From NCBI GenBank assembly GCA_964371215.1, contig CAYJKU010000001.1, positions 172,412 to 236,411 of the forward strand: a stretch of 64,000 bases of DNA, written 5' to 3'. The DNA comes from an uncultured Clostridium sp. (GTDB lineage: Bacteria; Bacillota; Clostridia; TANB77; CAG-508). This document shows, piece after piece, positions 38,708 through 49,258 of this stretch. The notes below the pieces were generated by a model. It saw only the letters and a list, made by a program, of their open reading frames with translations. It ran no database searches and was not told the origin of the DNA. Position 1 is the first letter of the stretch. Every line of letters begins with the position of its first letter. Both the position numbers and the translations under genes were made by a program.

Positions 38708-41700
38708 ATGAATCAGATTTTAGGTGAGTTAGGTAAATCAGAAAAATTTACTCAATTAATTAAGAATATAGAAAAAGAAAGTAGCCCGGTAGAAATATCG
38801 GGCTTAACAGACATAGGCATGCTTCAGATGTTAGCTAGTATAAATGCTTTTAGTAAAAAGCCAATGTTACTTGTAACATATAATGAAATCGAAGCTAAAA
38901 AGATATATGAAAATATACAATATTTTGCAGATAATATAATTAGATTTCCTAAAAAAGAAATTGTAACATATGACTACATTGCAGATAGTAAAGATTTGCC
39001 TTTTGAGAGAATAGAAGCATTAAATAAAATAACACAAAATAAGAATAATATAGTAATTGCAACAATAGAAAGCTTAATGCAAAAATTACCAAGTAAAGAA
39101 ACATTATATAAAAATCAATTAAATTTTAAAGTCGGACAAATTCATAAAGTAGAAGATGTAAAAAAACAATTAATTGATTTAGGTTATACAAGATTTGAAC
39201 TTATAGATGGTAGAGGGCAATTTAGTGTAAGAGGAGGAATTTTAGATATATCTCTTACAACTGAAATTGGTATTAGAATTGAATTTTGGGGAGATGAAAT
39301 AGATTCTATTAGAACTTTTAATATAGTAAGTCAAAGATCAATTAAAAATTTAGATAAAGTATCAATAAATCCTACTCATGAATATGTGCTTGAGGGGGAT
39401 ATTTCTGATGTTATAAAAAGGCTTGAAAAAAAACATATGGTAGATAAAAATCATTTAGATATTATTGAACATGATATTGAGCAGATAAGAAGCGGTAATT
39501 ATGTTAGCAAAATAGATAAATATTTTGATATATTTTATAAAAAACAAGAAACATTATTAGATTATTTAAAAGATGAATATATAGTAATTATTGAAGAAGA
39601 AAATAAGATAAAAGCAAGAGAGCATAATATAATTACAGATAATATTAATTTAATAAAATTGTTATTAGAAAAACAAAAAATAGTGCCACAAGCCTTAGAA
39701 GAATTAGAAACATATGATAAAATAGAAGAAAAATTAAAAAGAAAAAAAATTGTATATTTAGAAAAATATGATAATACAAATATTAGAAATATAGAGAAAT
39801 TTAATTTTAAATATACAGATATATCATATTATAAATCAGAAATAGAAAATTTATTTACAGATTTGAAAGATTGGTTAAAAGATAAGAAAAATATATACAT
39901 GTTAGTTGATACAAAAGAAAAAGCTACTAAACTAGAAAAAGTATTAAAAGAACAAGATATATTAGTTAAGATAGAAGAAAAATTAGATAAAACAATAATA
40001 GTTAAATCTAAAGAAAGATATGTAACAATTTCAATTGGAGATATTGAAAAAGGTTTTGAGTGTAATGAAATTGATCAAATAGTAATATCTGCAAATGATT
40101 TAATTGAAGGAAAACATAAAAGGAAGAAAAAATTCCATTCAGATTTTAATGATGGAGAAAAAATAGTATTTGCAGATTTAAAAATAGGGGATTATATTGT
40201 ACATAGTTCGTATGGAATAGGTATATATATTGGAGTAAATACAATAAAAGCAGATGGAGTTGTAAAAGATTATATAAAACTAAAATATGATAAAGATGCA
40301 ATTTTATATATACCAACAAACCAAATGGAAATGGTTAGAAAATATGTAGCAGGAGATAAATTAAATCCTAAATTAAGTAAATTAGGAACAAAAGATTGGG
40401 AAAATACAAAAACAAAAGTAAAGAAAAATTTAAGAGAAGTAGCAAAAGAATTAATAGAACTATATGCAAGAAGAGAAAAAACAAAAGGTTTTGCATTTAA
40501 TCAAGACACACCTTGGCAATCTGAATTTGAAGGTAAATTTCCATACCAAGAAACAGATGATCAGTTAAGATGTATTGAAGAAGTAAAAAAAGATATGGAA
40601 TTACAAAAACCAATGGATAGACTTCTTTGTGGTGATGTAGGATATGGTAAAACAGAAGTTGCATTAAGAGCAGCATTTAAAGCTGTTATGGATCAAAAAC
40701 AAGTTGCATATTTAGCACCAACAACAGTACTTGCACAACAACAATTTCATGAATTTCAAGAAAGAACGAAAGATTATCCAATAAGAGTAGAAGTGCTAAA
40801 TAGGTTTAAAACTAAAAAATATCAAGATGAAGTAATTAAAAAATTAAAATTAGGGGAAGTAGATATTGTTGTAGGAACACACAGAGTATTAAGTAAAGAT
40901 GTTGGATTTAAAGATTTAGGACTTTTAATAATTGATGAAGAACACAGATTTGGAGTTAAAGCAAAAGAAAAAATTAAAGAATATAAAACAAATGTAGATG
41001 TACTTACAATGACAGCAACACCAATTCCTAGAACACTTCATATGTCAATTGTTGGAGTAAGAGATATGTCAGTTATATATGAACCACCATATAATAGAAA
41101 ACCTGTACAAACATATGTATTAGAATATGACAAAGAAGTTGTTGAAGAATCTATTACAAAAGAACTTGAAAGAGATGGTCAAGTATTTTACTTATTTAAT
41201 AATGTAGAAGGAATTGAAAGAAAAGCACTTGAACTAGAAAATTTAGTAGAAGATGCTAGAGTTGGATATGCACATGGACAAATGACTGGTAAGCAAATAG
41301 AAGAAATAATGGAAGATTTTGTAGAAAAGAAAATAAATGTACTTGTTTGTACAACAATACTTGAATCTGGAATAGATATTCCAAATGCTAATACAATAAT
41401 TGTAGAAGATGCAGATAAAATGGGATTAGCTCAGTTATATCAAATTCGAGGAAGAGTAGGTAGAGGAGATAAACAAGCATATGCATATATAACATATAAG
41501 AGAGATAAACTTCTATCTGAAATAGCAGATAAAAGATTAAAAGCCATAAAAGAATTTACAGAATTTGGTTCAGGTTTTAAAATAGCTATGAGAGATTTAG
41601 AAATAAGAGGAGCCGGAAGTTTAATAGGAGAAATACAATCAGGACATTTAGAACAAGTAGGTTATGAAACATATTGTCATCTATTAGATGAAGTAGTGAA

Positions 41701-42181
41701 AGAAGAAAAAGGCGAAAGTATAGGAATACAGCAAGATATAGATATTCAGATAGATTTAAATGTATCAAGCTATATTCCAGAAACATATATATCAGATTAT
41801 AATCAAAAAATAGAAGTATATCAAAATATAGCTCTTTGCAAAGACGAAGAAGATATATTAAATGTAATTGATGAGATAATAGATAGATTTGGAAATATGC
41901 CTAAAGAAGTTGAAAATTTAATTAATATTGCAAGAATTAAATATATAGCAAAAAATAAAAAAATAGAAAAAATAGTAAGTAAAAGAGTTAGAGAAGAAAA
42001 AAATATTGTAATATTTACAGTAACAGATCAAATTGATATAATGAATTTGATGGTTGAATACAAGAATAAATTAAAAATAGGGACAGGTATGAAACCAGTA
42101 CTTACATTAGAATTAAAATCTAGAAAAGATGAGCAAGAAAAAACGTTAAATGAAATATTGGAATTTTTAAATAAATGTTAG
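38708..42181 (+). CDS. mfd: Transcription-repair coupling factor
   Basis: UvrB-homology N-terminus, CarD-like region (GDYIVHSSYGIG), and SF2 helicase motifs (GDVGYGKTEVA, DEEHRFG, QLYQIRGRVGR). Confidence 0.96.
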   Translation: MNQILGELGKSEKFTQLIKNIEKESSPVEISGLTDIGMLQMLASINAFSKKPMLLVTYNEIEAKKIYENIQYFADNIIRFPKKEIVTYDYIADSKDLPFERIEALNKITQNKNNIVIATIESLMQKLPSKETLYKNQLNFKVGQIHKVEDVKKQLIDLGYTRFELIDGRGQFSVRGGILDISLTTEIGIRIEFWGDEIDSIRTFNIVSQRSIKNLDKVSINPTHEYVLEGDISDVIKRLEKKHMVDKNHLDIIEHDIEQIRSGNYVSKIDKYFDIFYKKQETLLDYLKDEYIVIIEEENKIKAREHNIITDNINLIKLLLEKQKIVPQALEELETYDKIEEKLKRKKIVYLEKYDNTNIRNIEKFNFKYTDISYYKSEIENLFTDLKDWLKDKKNIYMLVDTKEKATKLEKVLKEQDILVKIEEKLDKTIIVKSKERYVTISIGDIEKGFECNEIDQIVISANDLIEGKHKRKKKFHSDFNDGEKIVFADLKIGDYIVHSSYGIGIYIGVNTIKADGVVKDYIKLKYDKDAILYIPTNQMEMVRKYVAGDKLNPKLSKLGTKDWENTKTKVKKNLREVAKELIELYARREKTKGFAFNQDTPWQSEFEGKFPYQETDDQLRCIEEVKKDMELQKPMDRLLCGDVGYGKTEVALRAAFKAVMDQKQVAYLAPTTVLAQQQFHEFQERTKDYPIRVEVLNRFKTKKYQDEVIKKLKLGEVDIVVGTHRVLSKDVGFKDLGLLIIDEEHRFGVKAKEKIKEYKTNVDVLTMTATPIPRTLHMSIVGVRDMSVIYEPPYNRKPVQTYVLEYDKEVVEESITKELERDGQVFYLFNNVEGIERKALELENLVEDARVGYAHGQMTGKQIEEIMEDFVEKKINVLVCTTILESGIDIPNANTIIVEDADKMGLAQLYQIRGRVGRGDKQAYAYITYKRDKLLSEIADKRLKAIKEFTEFGSGFKIAMRDLEIRGAGSLIGEIQSGHLEQVGYETYCHLLDEVVKEEKGESIGIQQDIDIQIDLNVSSYIPETYISDYNQKIEVYQNIALCKDEEDILNVIDEIIDRFGNMPKEVENLINIARIKYIAKNKKIEKIVSKRVREEKNIVIFTVTDQIDIMNLMVEYKNKLKIGTGMKPVLTLELKSRKDEQEKTLNEILEFLNKC

Positions 42182-42202
42182 TATGGAAATAAAGGAGTAG
42201 AT

Positions 42203-42994
42203 ATGGAAAAAAATATAATATCTAGTAGAGAAAATGAAAGCATTAAACATATAAAAAAATTAAAAGATAAAAAACAAAGAGAAATTTCAAATGAATATAT
42301 TATAGAAGGTATAAGAATCGTAGAAGAAGCTTTATTAGAAAATATAGTAATTAAAAAAGTAGTTATATGTGAAGAATTATTAAATAAAAATATAACAGAA
42401 AATATTAAAAATAATATTAAAGAAAAAGATATTATGTATGTAACAGAAAATGTATTTAAAGCAATATCTGAAGTCGAATCACCTCAAGGAATATTGCTTG
42501 TTATAGATAAGTCAAATAATGGTCTAGAAATAGATTTATCAGAAGATATAATAGTGTGTTTAGATGATATTCAAGACCCTGGAAATATGGGAACAATTTT
42601 AAGGACATTAGATAGTATCGGATTAAAACAAGTAATTGTAAGTCCAAATACAGTAGATATGTACAACCCAAAAGTTTTAAGATCTACAATGGGAGCAGCA
42701 TTTAGAGTTAAGGTTTTTAGAGAAGAAGATATTGAAGAAACATTAAAAAACTTAAAAGATAAAGGATTTGAAATAATTGTAACAACACCAAATACAAGTA
42801 CAAATATATATGAAATAGATTATATGAAAAAAATAATTGTAATAGGTAATGAGGGAAATGGTGTTAGAGAACAAATTATACAAATAGCAGATAAAAAAGT
42901 CAAAATACCAATGCCTGGTAAAGCAGAAAGTTTAAATGCTTCAATAGCTGCAGGAATAGTATTATATGAATATGTTAGACAAAATTTAAAATAA
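42203..42994 (+). CDS. TrmH/SpoU-family RNA 2'-O-methyltransferase
   Basis: DIQDPGNMGTILRT, IGNEGNGV and ESLNASIAAGIVLYE motifs. Confidence 0.9.
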   Translation: MEKNIISSRENESIKHIKKLKDKKQREISNEYIIEGIRIVEEALLENIVIKKVVICEELLNKNITENIKNNIKEKDIMYVTENVFKAISEVESPQGILLVIDKSNNGLEIDLSEDIIVCLDDIQDPGNMGTILRTLDSIGLKQVIVSPNTVDMYNPKVLRSTMGAAFRVKVFREEDIEETLKNLKDKGFEIIVTTPNTSTNIYEIDYMKKIIVIGNEGNGVREQIIQIADKKVKIPMPGKAESLNASIAAGIVLYEYVRQNLK

Positions 42995-43005
42995 AGGAAA
43001 TAGAT

Positions 43006-43500
43006 ATGAAACTAAATATAGTAATGGTAGAACCAGAAATACCTCAAAATACTGGTAATATAGTTAGAACTTGTGCAGCGATTGGAGCTAAATTACATTT
43101 AATACATCCACTAGGATTCGATATCTCAGAAAAATCGGTTAAAAGAGCAGGTTTAGATTATTGGGATAAATTAGATATAGAAGAACATGGATCATTATCT
43201 GAATTTTTAGAAAAATACGATATAAATAAAAATAATATGTTTTTAGCAACAACAAAAGGAAAACATGTGTATAGTGAACCAGAATATAATAAGATGGATG
43301 AAATATTTATATTATTTGGAAAAGAAACAAAAGGTCTTCCAGAAGATTTATTAGAAAATAATTTAGATAAAACAATTAGAATTCCAATGAAACATGATTT
43401 AAGATCACTTAATTTATCTAATTCAGTTGCAATAATTGCATATGATATTTATAGACAAAATGATTTTGATGATTTAGAAGAAATAAGCAAATATTTTTAA
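43006..43500 (+). CDS. trmL: tRNA (cytidine/uridine-34 2'-O)-methyltransferase
   Basis: IVMVEPEIPQNTGNIVRTCAA, FGKETKGL and SLNLSNSVAI motifs. About 160 aa. Confidence 0.9.
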   Translation: MKLNIVMVEPEIPQNTGNIVRTCAAIGAKLHLIHPLGFDISEKSVKRAGLDYWDKLDIEEHGSLSEFLEKYDINKNNMFLATTKGKHVYSEPEYNKMDEIFILFGKETKGLPEDLLENNLDKTIRIPMKHDLRSLNLSNSVAIIAYDIYRQNDFDDLEEISKYF

Positions 43501-43526
43501 GAATAATAATTAAATAGATAAAAAGA

Positions 43527-43555
43527 TAAGAGAGCTAAATTAATAGCTCTCTTTA
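43527..43555. terminator. Bidirectional intrinsic terminator
   Basis: Arms aagagagct / agctctctt. Confidence 0.65.
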
Positions 43556-43560
43556 AACAT

Positions 43561-45423
43561 TCAATGTGAGCTAAAATATTCTTCAGCTCGTGCTAATTTA
43601 GAAGTGGTTGTTTCTGTTAAGCCAAGACCTTGTTCTAAAGATTTTGCAAAATTGAAAAGAACAACTTGATCACCCTCTATAAGTTTACACTCAATATATG
43701 TTTCTGAAAATGTTGAAAACTCATTATTAAAACAAGTAGATTCATTCAAAGAAATCTTAATAGTAGTGCCATGGAATTTTACCATCATTTTTGAACGTTC
43801 AATATTAAAGTTATAAAATGGGTATAGCTGGAAATTATTTGAAAAAGATATATTGTGTTTTTCAAGTATTGATTTAGTTAATTGTTCATATTCTACAAAA
43901 TCAATATCAGCATCGAAAGTATATAATTGACACTTTGAAACAGCAGATATATCTTCTATAGGAATTTGCATTGAATAGTAATCTCCAGAAGATATTTTCC
44001 TATATCTAAAGAAAACTAATTTATCTAATTCTTCATATGGTTTGAAATAAGTATCACTAATGTGAACATTACTCCAATCTTGTAACACTTTTACTTTTTT
44101 CTGATTTTGTACCCAATCCATTATTTCATCTTGTGGGTTAACTTCAAATGATGTAGTAAATCTTTTGGTTATTTCAACTTTATCATTTTCAAAAAGACTT
44201 CTTATTTGTGTAACAATATTTTCATCAATATTATGAGAAGGATGAATATCTACTATAACATAATTTTTTTGAATGGTTTTACACACAATATCAGAATATT
44301 CTGTTTCAGATAAATCTTTTACTATTCCATTATCATAAATAATATTAATGGCATTTTTCTTTGGATTATATACAGAAATTTTTCTACAATCTGTTAGTAT
44401 ATAATCAGTATTACAGATAGAACCTGTAATTAGATAAAGTCTTTTAACAAAAATGTTGTAGTCTTCCATATTATCAAATGTTTTATGGAAGATAAATTCA
44501 TCAAATGAATTTAAAACTACAGATGCTAATCTTTTGACTTTTGGATCAAGTACCTTAGAATCAACACTTGTTCTCAAATCCTCAAGGATAAACTCTTCAC
44601 TCATTTTCTCAACTTCTTCTTCTGTAAGCTCTTTTGAATGTAAATATTTTTGCAAATATAATTCACGCATAAAAGTTTCAGTCGAATAGTGAACATTTTT
44701 AAACATCTCAGATCTTGTTAATAATAAATCTACAATATTTGGAAGTGTTTTTGCATTATATCCTAATATCGGGGTTTCACCAGATAAGATAATATTAAGA
44801 TCATCAAAAATTTTAACAAAGTTTTTTCTTTCACCTTTAATATTTAGGATATCTGTTGCCAGGTAATCAATTCTATCGCAATCAATAGAACCAATTAATA
44901 AGGAATCAAATATAGTGTAGATATTTAAATCCATATCAAGTGCTACACTTTTACCAGATTGTTTAATCTTTAGATTTTTCTCAAACAAATCTATTGTTTG
45001 TTCAGTAATATTAAATCCGAAGATATTATCAACAATTTCTGAATATTCACGAAGTCTCTCGATTGTTCTTTCCTCATGAGATTTAGGAGAAAATCCATCT
45101 AATCCATGAGAAAAAGCTAAGTGTCCAAGGTCATGAGAAAGTGCTGCATAAAGAAATACTTCTTTTTGATGTTTAGTTACTTTAAGCCAGTGGAAAATTT
45201 CGGTAGATTTAGAAATTGCTATTCTTGTAGCTTCCATAGTGCCTAAAGCATGAAGAATTCGAGTGTGCATTGCATTTGCAAAAGTTTTAGACAAGCTAGT
45301 TAATCCTAAGTGTTTTTTAAAATAAAGCTCTTGGAAATATTCTAATCGTAAAACTTCTTGAAATTTTTGGTTTAACCGTATTTCACCATAAATAGGGTGT
45401 AGAATTGTAACAGTATTTTTCAT
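43561..45423 (-). CDS. SAMHD1-like HD phosphohydrolase (COG1078 type) fused to a C-terminal CYTH-like domain
   Basis: HD half: HTRILHALG, LSHDLGHLAFSH, DCDRIDYL. C-terminal ~200 aa: VEITKRF, FFRYRK, IERSKMMVKF..IKISLNE and YIECKLIEG, in the order of CYTH strands. The ExExK motif is degenerate (EITK). Confidence 0.6.
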   Translation of the reverse strand: MKNTVTILHPIYGEIRLNQKFQEVLRLEYFQELYFKKHLGLTSLSKTFANAMHTRILHALGTMEATRIAISKSTEIFHWLKVTKHQKEVFLYAALSHDLGHLAFSHGLDGFSPKSHEERTIERLREYSEIVDNIFGFNITEQTIDLFEKNLKIKQSGKSVALDMDLNIYTIFDSLLIGSIDCDRIDYLATDILNIKGERKNFVKIFDDLNIILSGETPILGYNAKTLPNIVDLLLTRSEMFKNVHYSTETFMRELYLQKYLHSKELTEEEVEKMSEEFILEDLRTSVDSKVLDPKVKRLASVVLNSFDEFIFHKTFDNMEDYNIFVKRLYLITGSICNTDYILTDCRKISVYNPKKNAINIIYDNGIVKDLSETEYSDIVCKTIQKNYVIVDIHPSHNIDENIVTQIRSLFENDKVEITKRFTTSFEVNPQDEIMDWVQNQKKVKVLQDWSNVHISDTYFKPYEELDKLVFFRYRKISSGDYYSMQIPIEDISAVSKCQLYTFDADIDFVEYEQLTKSILEKHNISFSNNFQLYPFYNFNIERSKMMVKFHGTTIKISLNESTCFNNEFSTFSETYIECKLIEGDQVVLFNFAKSLEQGLGLTETTTSKLARAEEYFSSH

Positions 45424-45680
45424 AATGTACCTCCTAAATTAAATGTTTGTTTATGTGAACTGAAAGTAGTATATATTGATATATGTAATTTGTCAAGAAA
45501 TTATGCAGTGTTGTCGAAAAGTAGGAAGTTTTGTAGAAGTGGAGCAAAATATACATAAAAGGTTGCAAAATAAAAATAAGTATGTTTAAATATCTAAGAT
45601 TTATTTCGAATTAATTCAAAAATTTTTTAAAATCTTAATTAAAATCCCAATCAAAACAAAATTTATATAGGAGGTATTTA

Positions 45681-46442
45681 TTGAAGTATTTTACATACAA
45701 AGATTACATTAAGTGTATACATACACTTAGATTAAATTCAATTATGAAGTTAGCAGAATCCTTAGAAGAATATAATTCTAAGAGAAAGGATGAACTATAT
45801 TTATATAAAATACTAATTAAAAATATTTTAAGAAATAAAAAACATGCTAAAGAATTTTTAAATAGCTATTTAAAAACTCAATTTAATATTGATGAAAAAA
45901 ACTTAGAGATTTATACAAATGAACATATTGAGAAAAAAGCAAAGACAAATATAATATACAAATTGAATAATACAGATATATTTTTTGTTATTCAATGTAC
46001 AGATGTTTCAAATAATAAACCAATTTATACATTATTAGATAATTGTATAGATATAATGCGAAAATATTGTCATTCAAGGAAAGAAGCCGATCTTTTAAGA
46101 TTACCAGTAATTGTACCAATAATTATATTTACTGGAACAACTAACTGGGAAATTTCTGAAAATATGGATATGAGATATAAAAACAGTTATAAAACATATG
46201 AATTAGATAATATAGAGTTAAAATATAACTTATATCAAATTAAAAATGATGAAAAAAATAAAGAAGATAAAGATGAAATATTAGTAAATAAAGTTTTAAA
46301 AATAAGTAGATCGAATTATAGTAGTGAATTTGTTAAAGAAATTCAAGATTCAAAATTTAAAAAAATGCTTAACATATTAGGAAATGTTGGAGAGATAGAA
46401 GAGATAGTAATAGACAATATATTAAAAAATATAAGTAGTTAA
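45681..46442 (+). CDS. YhgA/Rpn-like (PD-(D/E)XK, Transposase_31) family protein, divergent
   Basis: TTG start 7 nt after GGAGG. Family-like layout: AKEFLNSYL ... IIYKLNNTDIFFVIQCTD ... LPVIVPIIIFTGTTNW. Catalytic residues are not clearly conserved. Confidence 0.4.
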   Translation: MKYFTYKDYIKCIHTLRLNSIMKLAESLEEYNSKRKDELYLYKILIKNILRNKKHAKEFLNSYLKTQFNIDEKNLEIYTNEHIEKKAKTNIIYKLNNTDIFFVIQCTDVSNNKPIYTLLDNCIDIMRKYCHSRKEADLLRLPVIVPIIIFTGTTNWEISENMDMRYKNSYKTYELDNIELKYNLYQIKNDEKNKEDKDEILVNKVLKISRSNYSSEFVKEIQDSKFKKMLNILGNVGEIEEIVIDNILKNISS

Positions 46443-46513
46443 AAAGTCATATAGTTTCACAGTTTTGCTAAAGTTACATAAAATATAGCAGGATAAATTA
46501 TAAAGGTGATAAT

Positions 46514-47272
46514 ATGAAAGAAATAATGGAAGTAAAAGATATTTGCAAAAAATATCAAAATGAAAAAGGTGAAATATTAGCTGTAAATAAAATTAGTTTT
46601 AATATATATAAAGGCGAATTTGTAAGTATAATCGGTCCTAGTGGATGTGGTAAATCTACTATATTATCAATTATTTCTGGTTTAGAAGAAAAAACATCTG
46701 GAGAAATATACATAGAAGGAAAAAGAATTGATTCAATATCAGATGATATTGGATATATGTTGCAAAAAGATTGTTTACTAAATTGGAAAAATGTATTAGA
46801 TAATACAATGTTAGGGCTAGAGATTAAAGGAATCAAGACTCAAGAAAATGTTGAATATGTTTTATCATTACTTAAAAAATATGAGTTATATGAATTTAAA
46901 GATAAGTACCCAGGCGAATTATCTGGAGGTATGAGACAAAGAGTGGCATTAATTAGAACATTAGCAATAAAACCAAAGATTCTTTTATTAGATGAAGCTT
47001 TTTCGGCATTAGATTATCAAACTAGGATTATGGTTACAAACGATATTTATAGAATATTAAAAGAAGAAAAAAAGACAGCTATAATGGTAACACATGATAT
47101 TTCAGAAGCAATAAGTATGTCAGATAGGATAATTGTATTAACAACTAGACCAGCTCAGATTTTAAATATACATGATATTGATTTTGAAGTAGAAAGTAGA
47201 ACACCAATGAACACAAGACAGAACTCTAAATTTAGTAAATATTTTGATTTACTATGGAAGGAGTTGAAATAA
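46514..47272 (+). CDS. ABC transporter ATP-binding protein (NitT/TauT family)
   Basis: Walker A GPSGCGKST, signature LSGGMRQR, Walker B ILLLDEAF. Confidence 0.93.
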   Translation: MKEIMEVKDICKKYQNEKGEILAVNKISFNIYKGEFVSIIGPSGCGKSTILSIISGLEEKTSGEIYIEGKRIDSISDDIGYMLQKDCLLNWKNVLDNTMLGLEIKGIKTQENVEYVLSLLKKYELYEFKDKYPGELSGGMRQRVALIRTLAIKPKILLLDEAFSALDYQTRIMVTNDIYRILKEEKKTAIMVTHDISEAISMSDRIIVLTTRPAQILNIHDIDFEVESRTPMNTRQNSKFSKYFDLLWKELK

Positions 47273-47273
47273 A

Positions 47274-48092
47274 ATGAATAATATAAATATATCAAAAGAT
47301 AGACAAAAATATTTGAAAAAAAATAAAGTAAATAAATATCTAATAATTTGTACACAAATTGGGATATTGGTGGCAATCTTAATATTATGGGAAATACTTG
47401 CTAATATTGGAATTATAGATAGTTTTATGACAAGTAAACCAAGTAGGATAATTGATACATTACTAGATTTTTCAGGTAATGATATATTAAAACATATTTG
47501 GGTAACAACATATGAAACTATAATTGGATTTATATTAGGAACGATTATAGGAATAGTTGTAGCTATAATATTATGGTGGTCAAATTTTTTAGCAAGAGTT
47601 TTTGAACCATATTTAGTTGTATTAAATAGTCTTCCAAAAGTAGCATTAGGACCAATAATAATATTATGGGTAGGAGCAGGTACACCAGCAATAATAGTAA
47701 TGGCTATAGCAATTTCATTGGTTGTTACAATATTAGAAAATTTAAATGGTTTTTTAAAAACAGATGTAGAATTAATTAAAATGGCTAAAACATTTAAAGC
47801 AAGTAAACTACAGATATTAACTAAAATAGTAATACCAGCAAATATTTCAGTATTTATCAATTCATTAAAAGTAAATATTGGTCTTTCATTAGTAGGTGTC
47901 ATATCTGGTGAGTTTTTAGTATCTAAAGCAGGACTTGGGTATTTGATTGTCTATGGTGGTCAAGTGTTTAAGATGGATTTAGTAATGACAAGTGTAATAA
48001 TATTAGGAATTGTTGCAGGTGGTATGTATGCAGTCGTAATATTACTTGAAAAATTTATCCTAAAATCAAAAAAGTTTAAAATTAATGATTAA
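47274..48092 (+). CDS. ABC transporter permease (NitT/TauT family)
   Basis: Polytopic protein with an EAA-like loop (MAKTFKASKLQILTKIVIPA). Start is adjacent to the ATPase stop. Confidence 0.9.
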   Translation: MNNINISKDRQKYLKKNKVNKYLIICTQIGILVAILILWEILANIGIIDSFMTSKPSRIIDTLLDFSGNDILKHIWVTTYETIIGFILGTIIGIVVAIILWWSNFLARVFEPYLVVLNSLPKVALGPIIILWVGAGTPAIIVMAIAISLVVTILENLNGFLKTDVELIKMAKTFKASKLQILTKIVIPANISVFINSLKVNIGLSLVGVISGEFLVSKAGLGYLIVYGGQVFKMDLVMTSVIILGIVAGGMYAVVILLEKFILKSKKFKIND

Positions 48093-48109
48093 ACTTTAAG
48101 GAGGATAAA

Positions 48110-49114
48110 ATGAAAAGAATAATATTAATAATATCTATATTAATTATTGTAATAGGTGGATTTGTAGCAATAAGATATTATGCTAATAATACAGAAGAAG
48201 GACTATTAACAATTAAAGTATCAGAGGTAACTAGATCTATTTTTTATGCACCACAATATGTTGCAATACTAGAAGGATATTTTGAAAAAGAAGGGTTAGA
48301 TATAGAACTTACAACAGGAAGCGGAGCAGATACTGTTATGACATCAGTACTCTCAGGTCAAACAGATATAGGTTTTGCAGGCCCAGAAGCTTCGATATAT
48401 GTATATAATGAAGGTAAAGAAGATTATACAGAGGTTTTTGCACAATTAACTAAAAAAGATGGATCTTTTTTAGTAGCAAAGGAAAATACGAATAATTTTA
48501 GTTTTGAAGATCTAAAAGGAAAGACTATAATACCAGGAAGAAAAGGTGGAGTACCATATATGACTCTTGAATATATATTAAAAAACAATGGTATTGACAC
48601 ACAAGTAGATGTAAATCTAGATGACAGTATAAAATTTGATTTAATGGCAGGAGCTTTTGCAAGTGGTAATGCTGATTATGTAACACTATTTGAACCAACA
48701 GCTTCAATGACAGAAATGCAAAATCAAGGGTATATAGTAATGTCGGTTGGAGAAGAAGCAGGAGAAATACCATATACTGCATATTTTGCAAGTAAAAGCT
48801 ATATAGATGAAAATAAGGAAACAATTCAAAAATTTACAAATGCTATATATGAAGGACAAAAATGGGTAGAATTACATTCTGCTAAAGAGATAGCAGAAAA
48901 AATACAAGGATTCTTTCCAGCAACAGAATTAGAAATAATAGAAAATGCGGTGCAAAGCTATATTGAAATAGATGCATGGAGCAGTACACCAGTTTTAAAT
49001 GAAGAAGGATTTAATAGATTGCAAGACATTATGATAAATGCAGGAGAATTAAATGAAAAAGTACCATTTAATCAAATTGTAAATAATGAATTTGCAGAAG
49101 AGGCAATTAAATAG
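48110..49114 (+). CDS. ABC transporter substrate-binding protein (NMT1/THI5-like)
   Basis: N-terminal anchor helix, then SIFYAPQYVA..GFAGPEA, typical of the sulfonate/nitrate/HMP-binding family. Confidence 0.8.
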   Translation: MKRIILIISILIIVIGGFVAIRYYANNTEEGLLTIKVSEVTRSIFYAPQYVAILEGYFEKEGLDIELTTGSGADTVMTSVLSGQTDIGFAGPEASIYVYNEGKEDYTEVFAQLTKKDGSFLVAKENTNNFSFEDLKGKTIIPGRKGGVPYMTLEYILKNNGIDTQVDVNLDDSIKFDLMAGAFASGNADYVTLFEPTASMTEMQNQGYIVMSVGEEAGEIPYTAYFASKSYIDENKETIQKFTNAIYEGQKWVELHSAKEIAEKIQGFFPATELEIIENAVQSYIEIDAWSSTPVLNEEGFNRLQDIMINAGELNEKVPFNQIVNNEFAEEAIK

Positions 49115-49140
49115 AAAGGACAAATTAGTCCTTTCTTAAT
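49113..49140 (+). terminator. Intrinsic terminator
   Basis: Arms agaaaggac / gtcctttct. Confidence 0.65.
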
Positions 49141-49205
49141 ATTTAGTTTAAAGAAATATATAGAACACTAAAGACAAACAATAACATATAAATTACATAA
49201 AAATA

Positions 49206-49225
49206 TTGACAACTAAAACTGTCAA
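49206..49225. promoter_or_regulatory. Perfect 6-8-6 inverted repeat (TTGACA-N8-TGTCAA), candidate operator overlapping a -35
   Basis: ttgacaactaaaactgtcaa lies about 35 nt upstream of the XRE regulator start. Confidence 0.4.
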
Positions 49226-49258
49226 GTGATATATTTACTTATGAAAGGGAGTGAGAAT

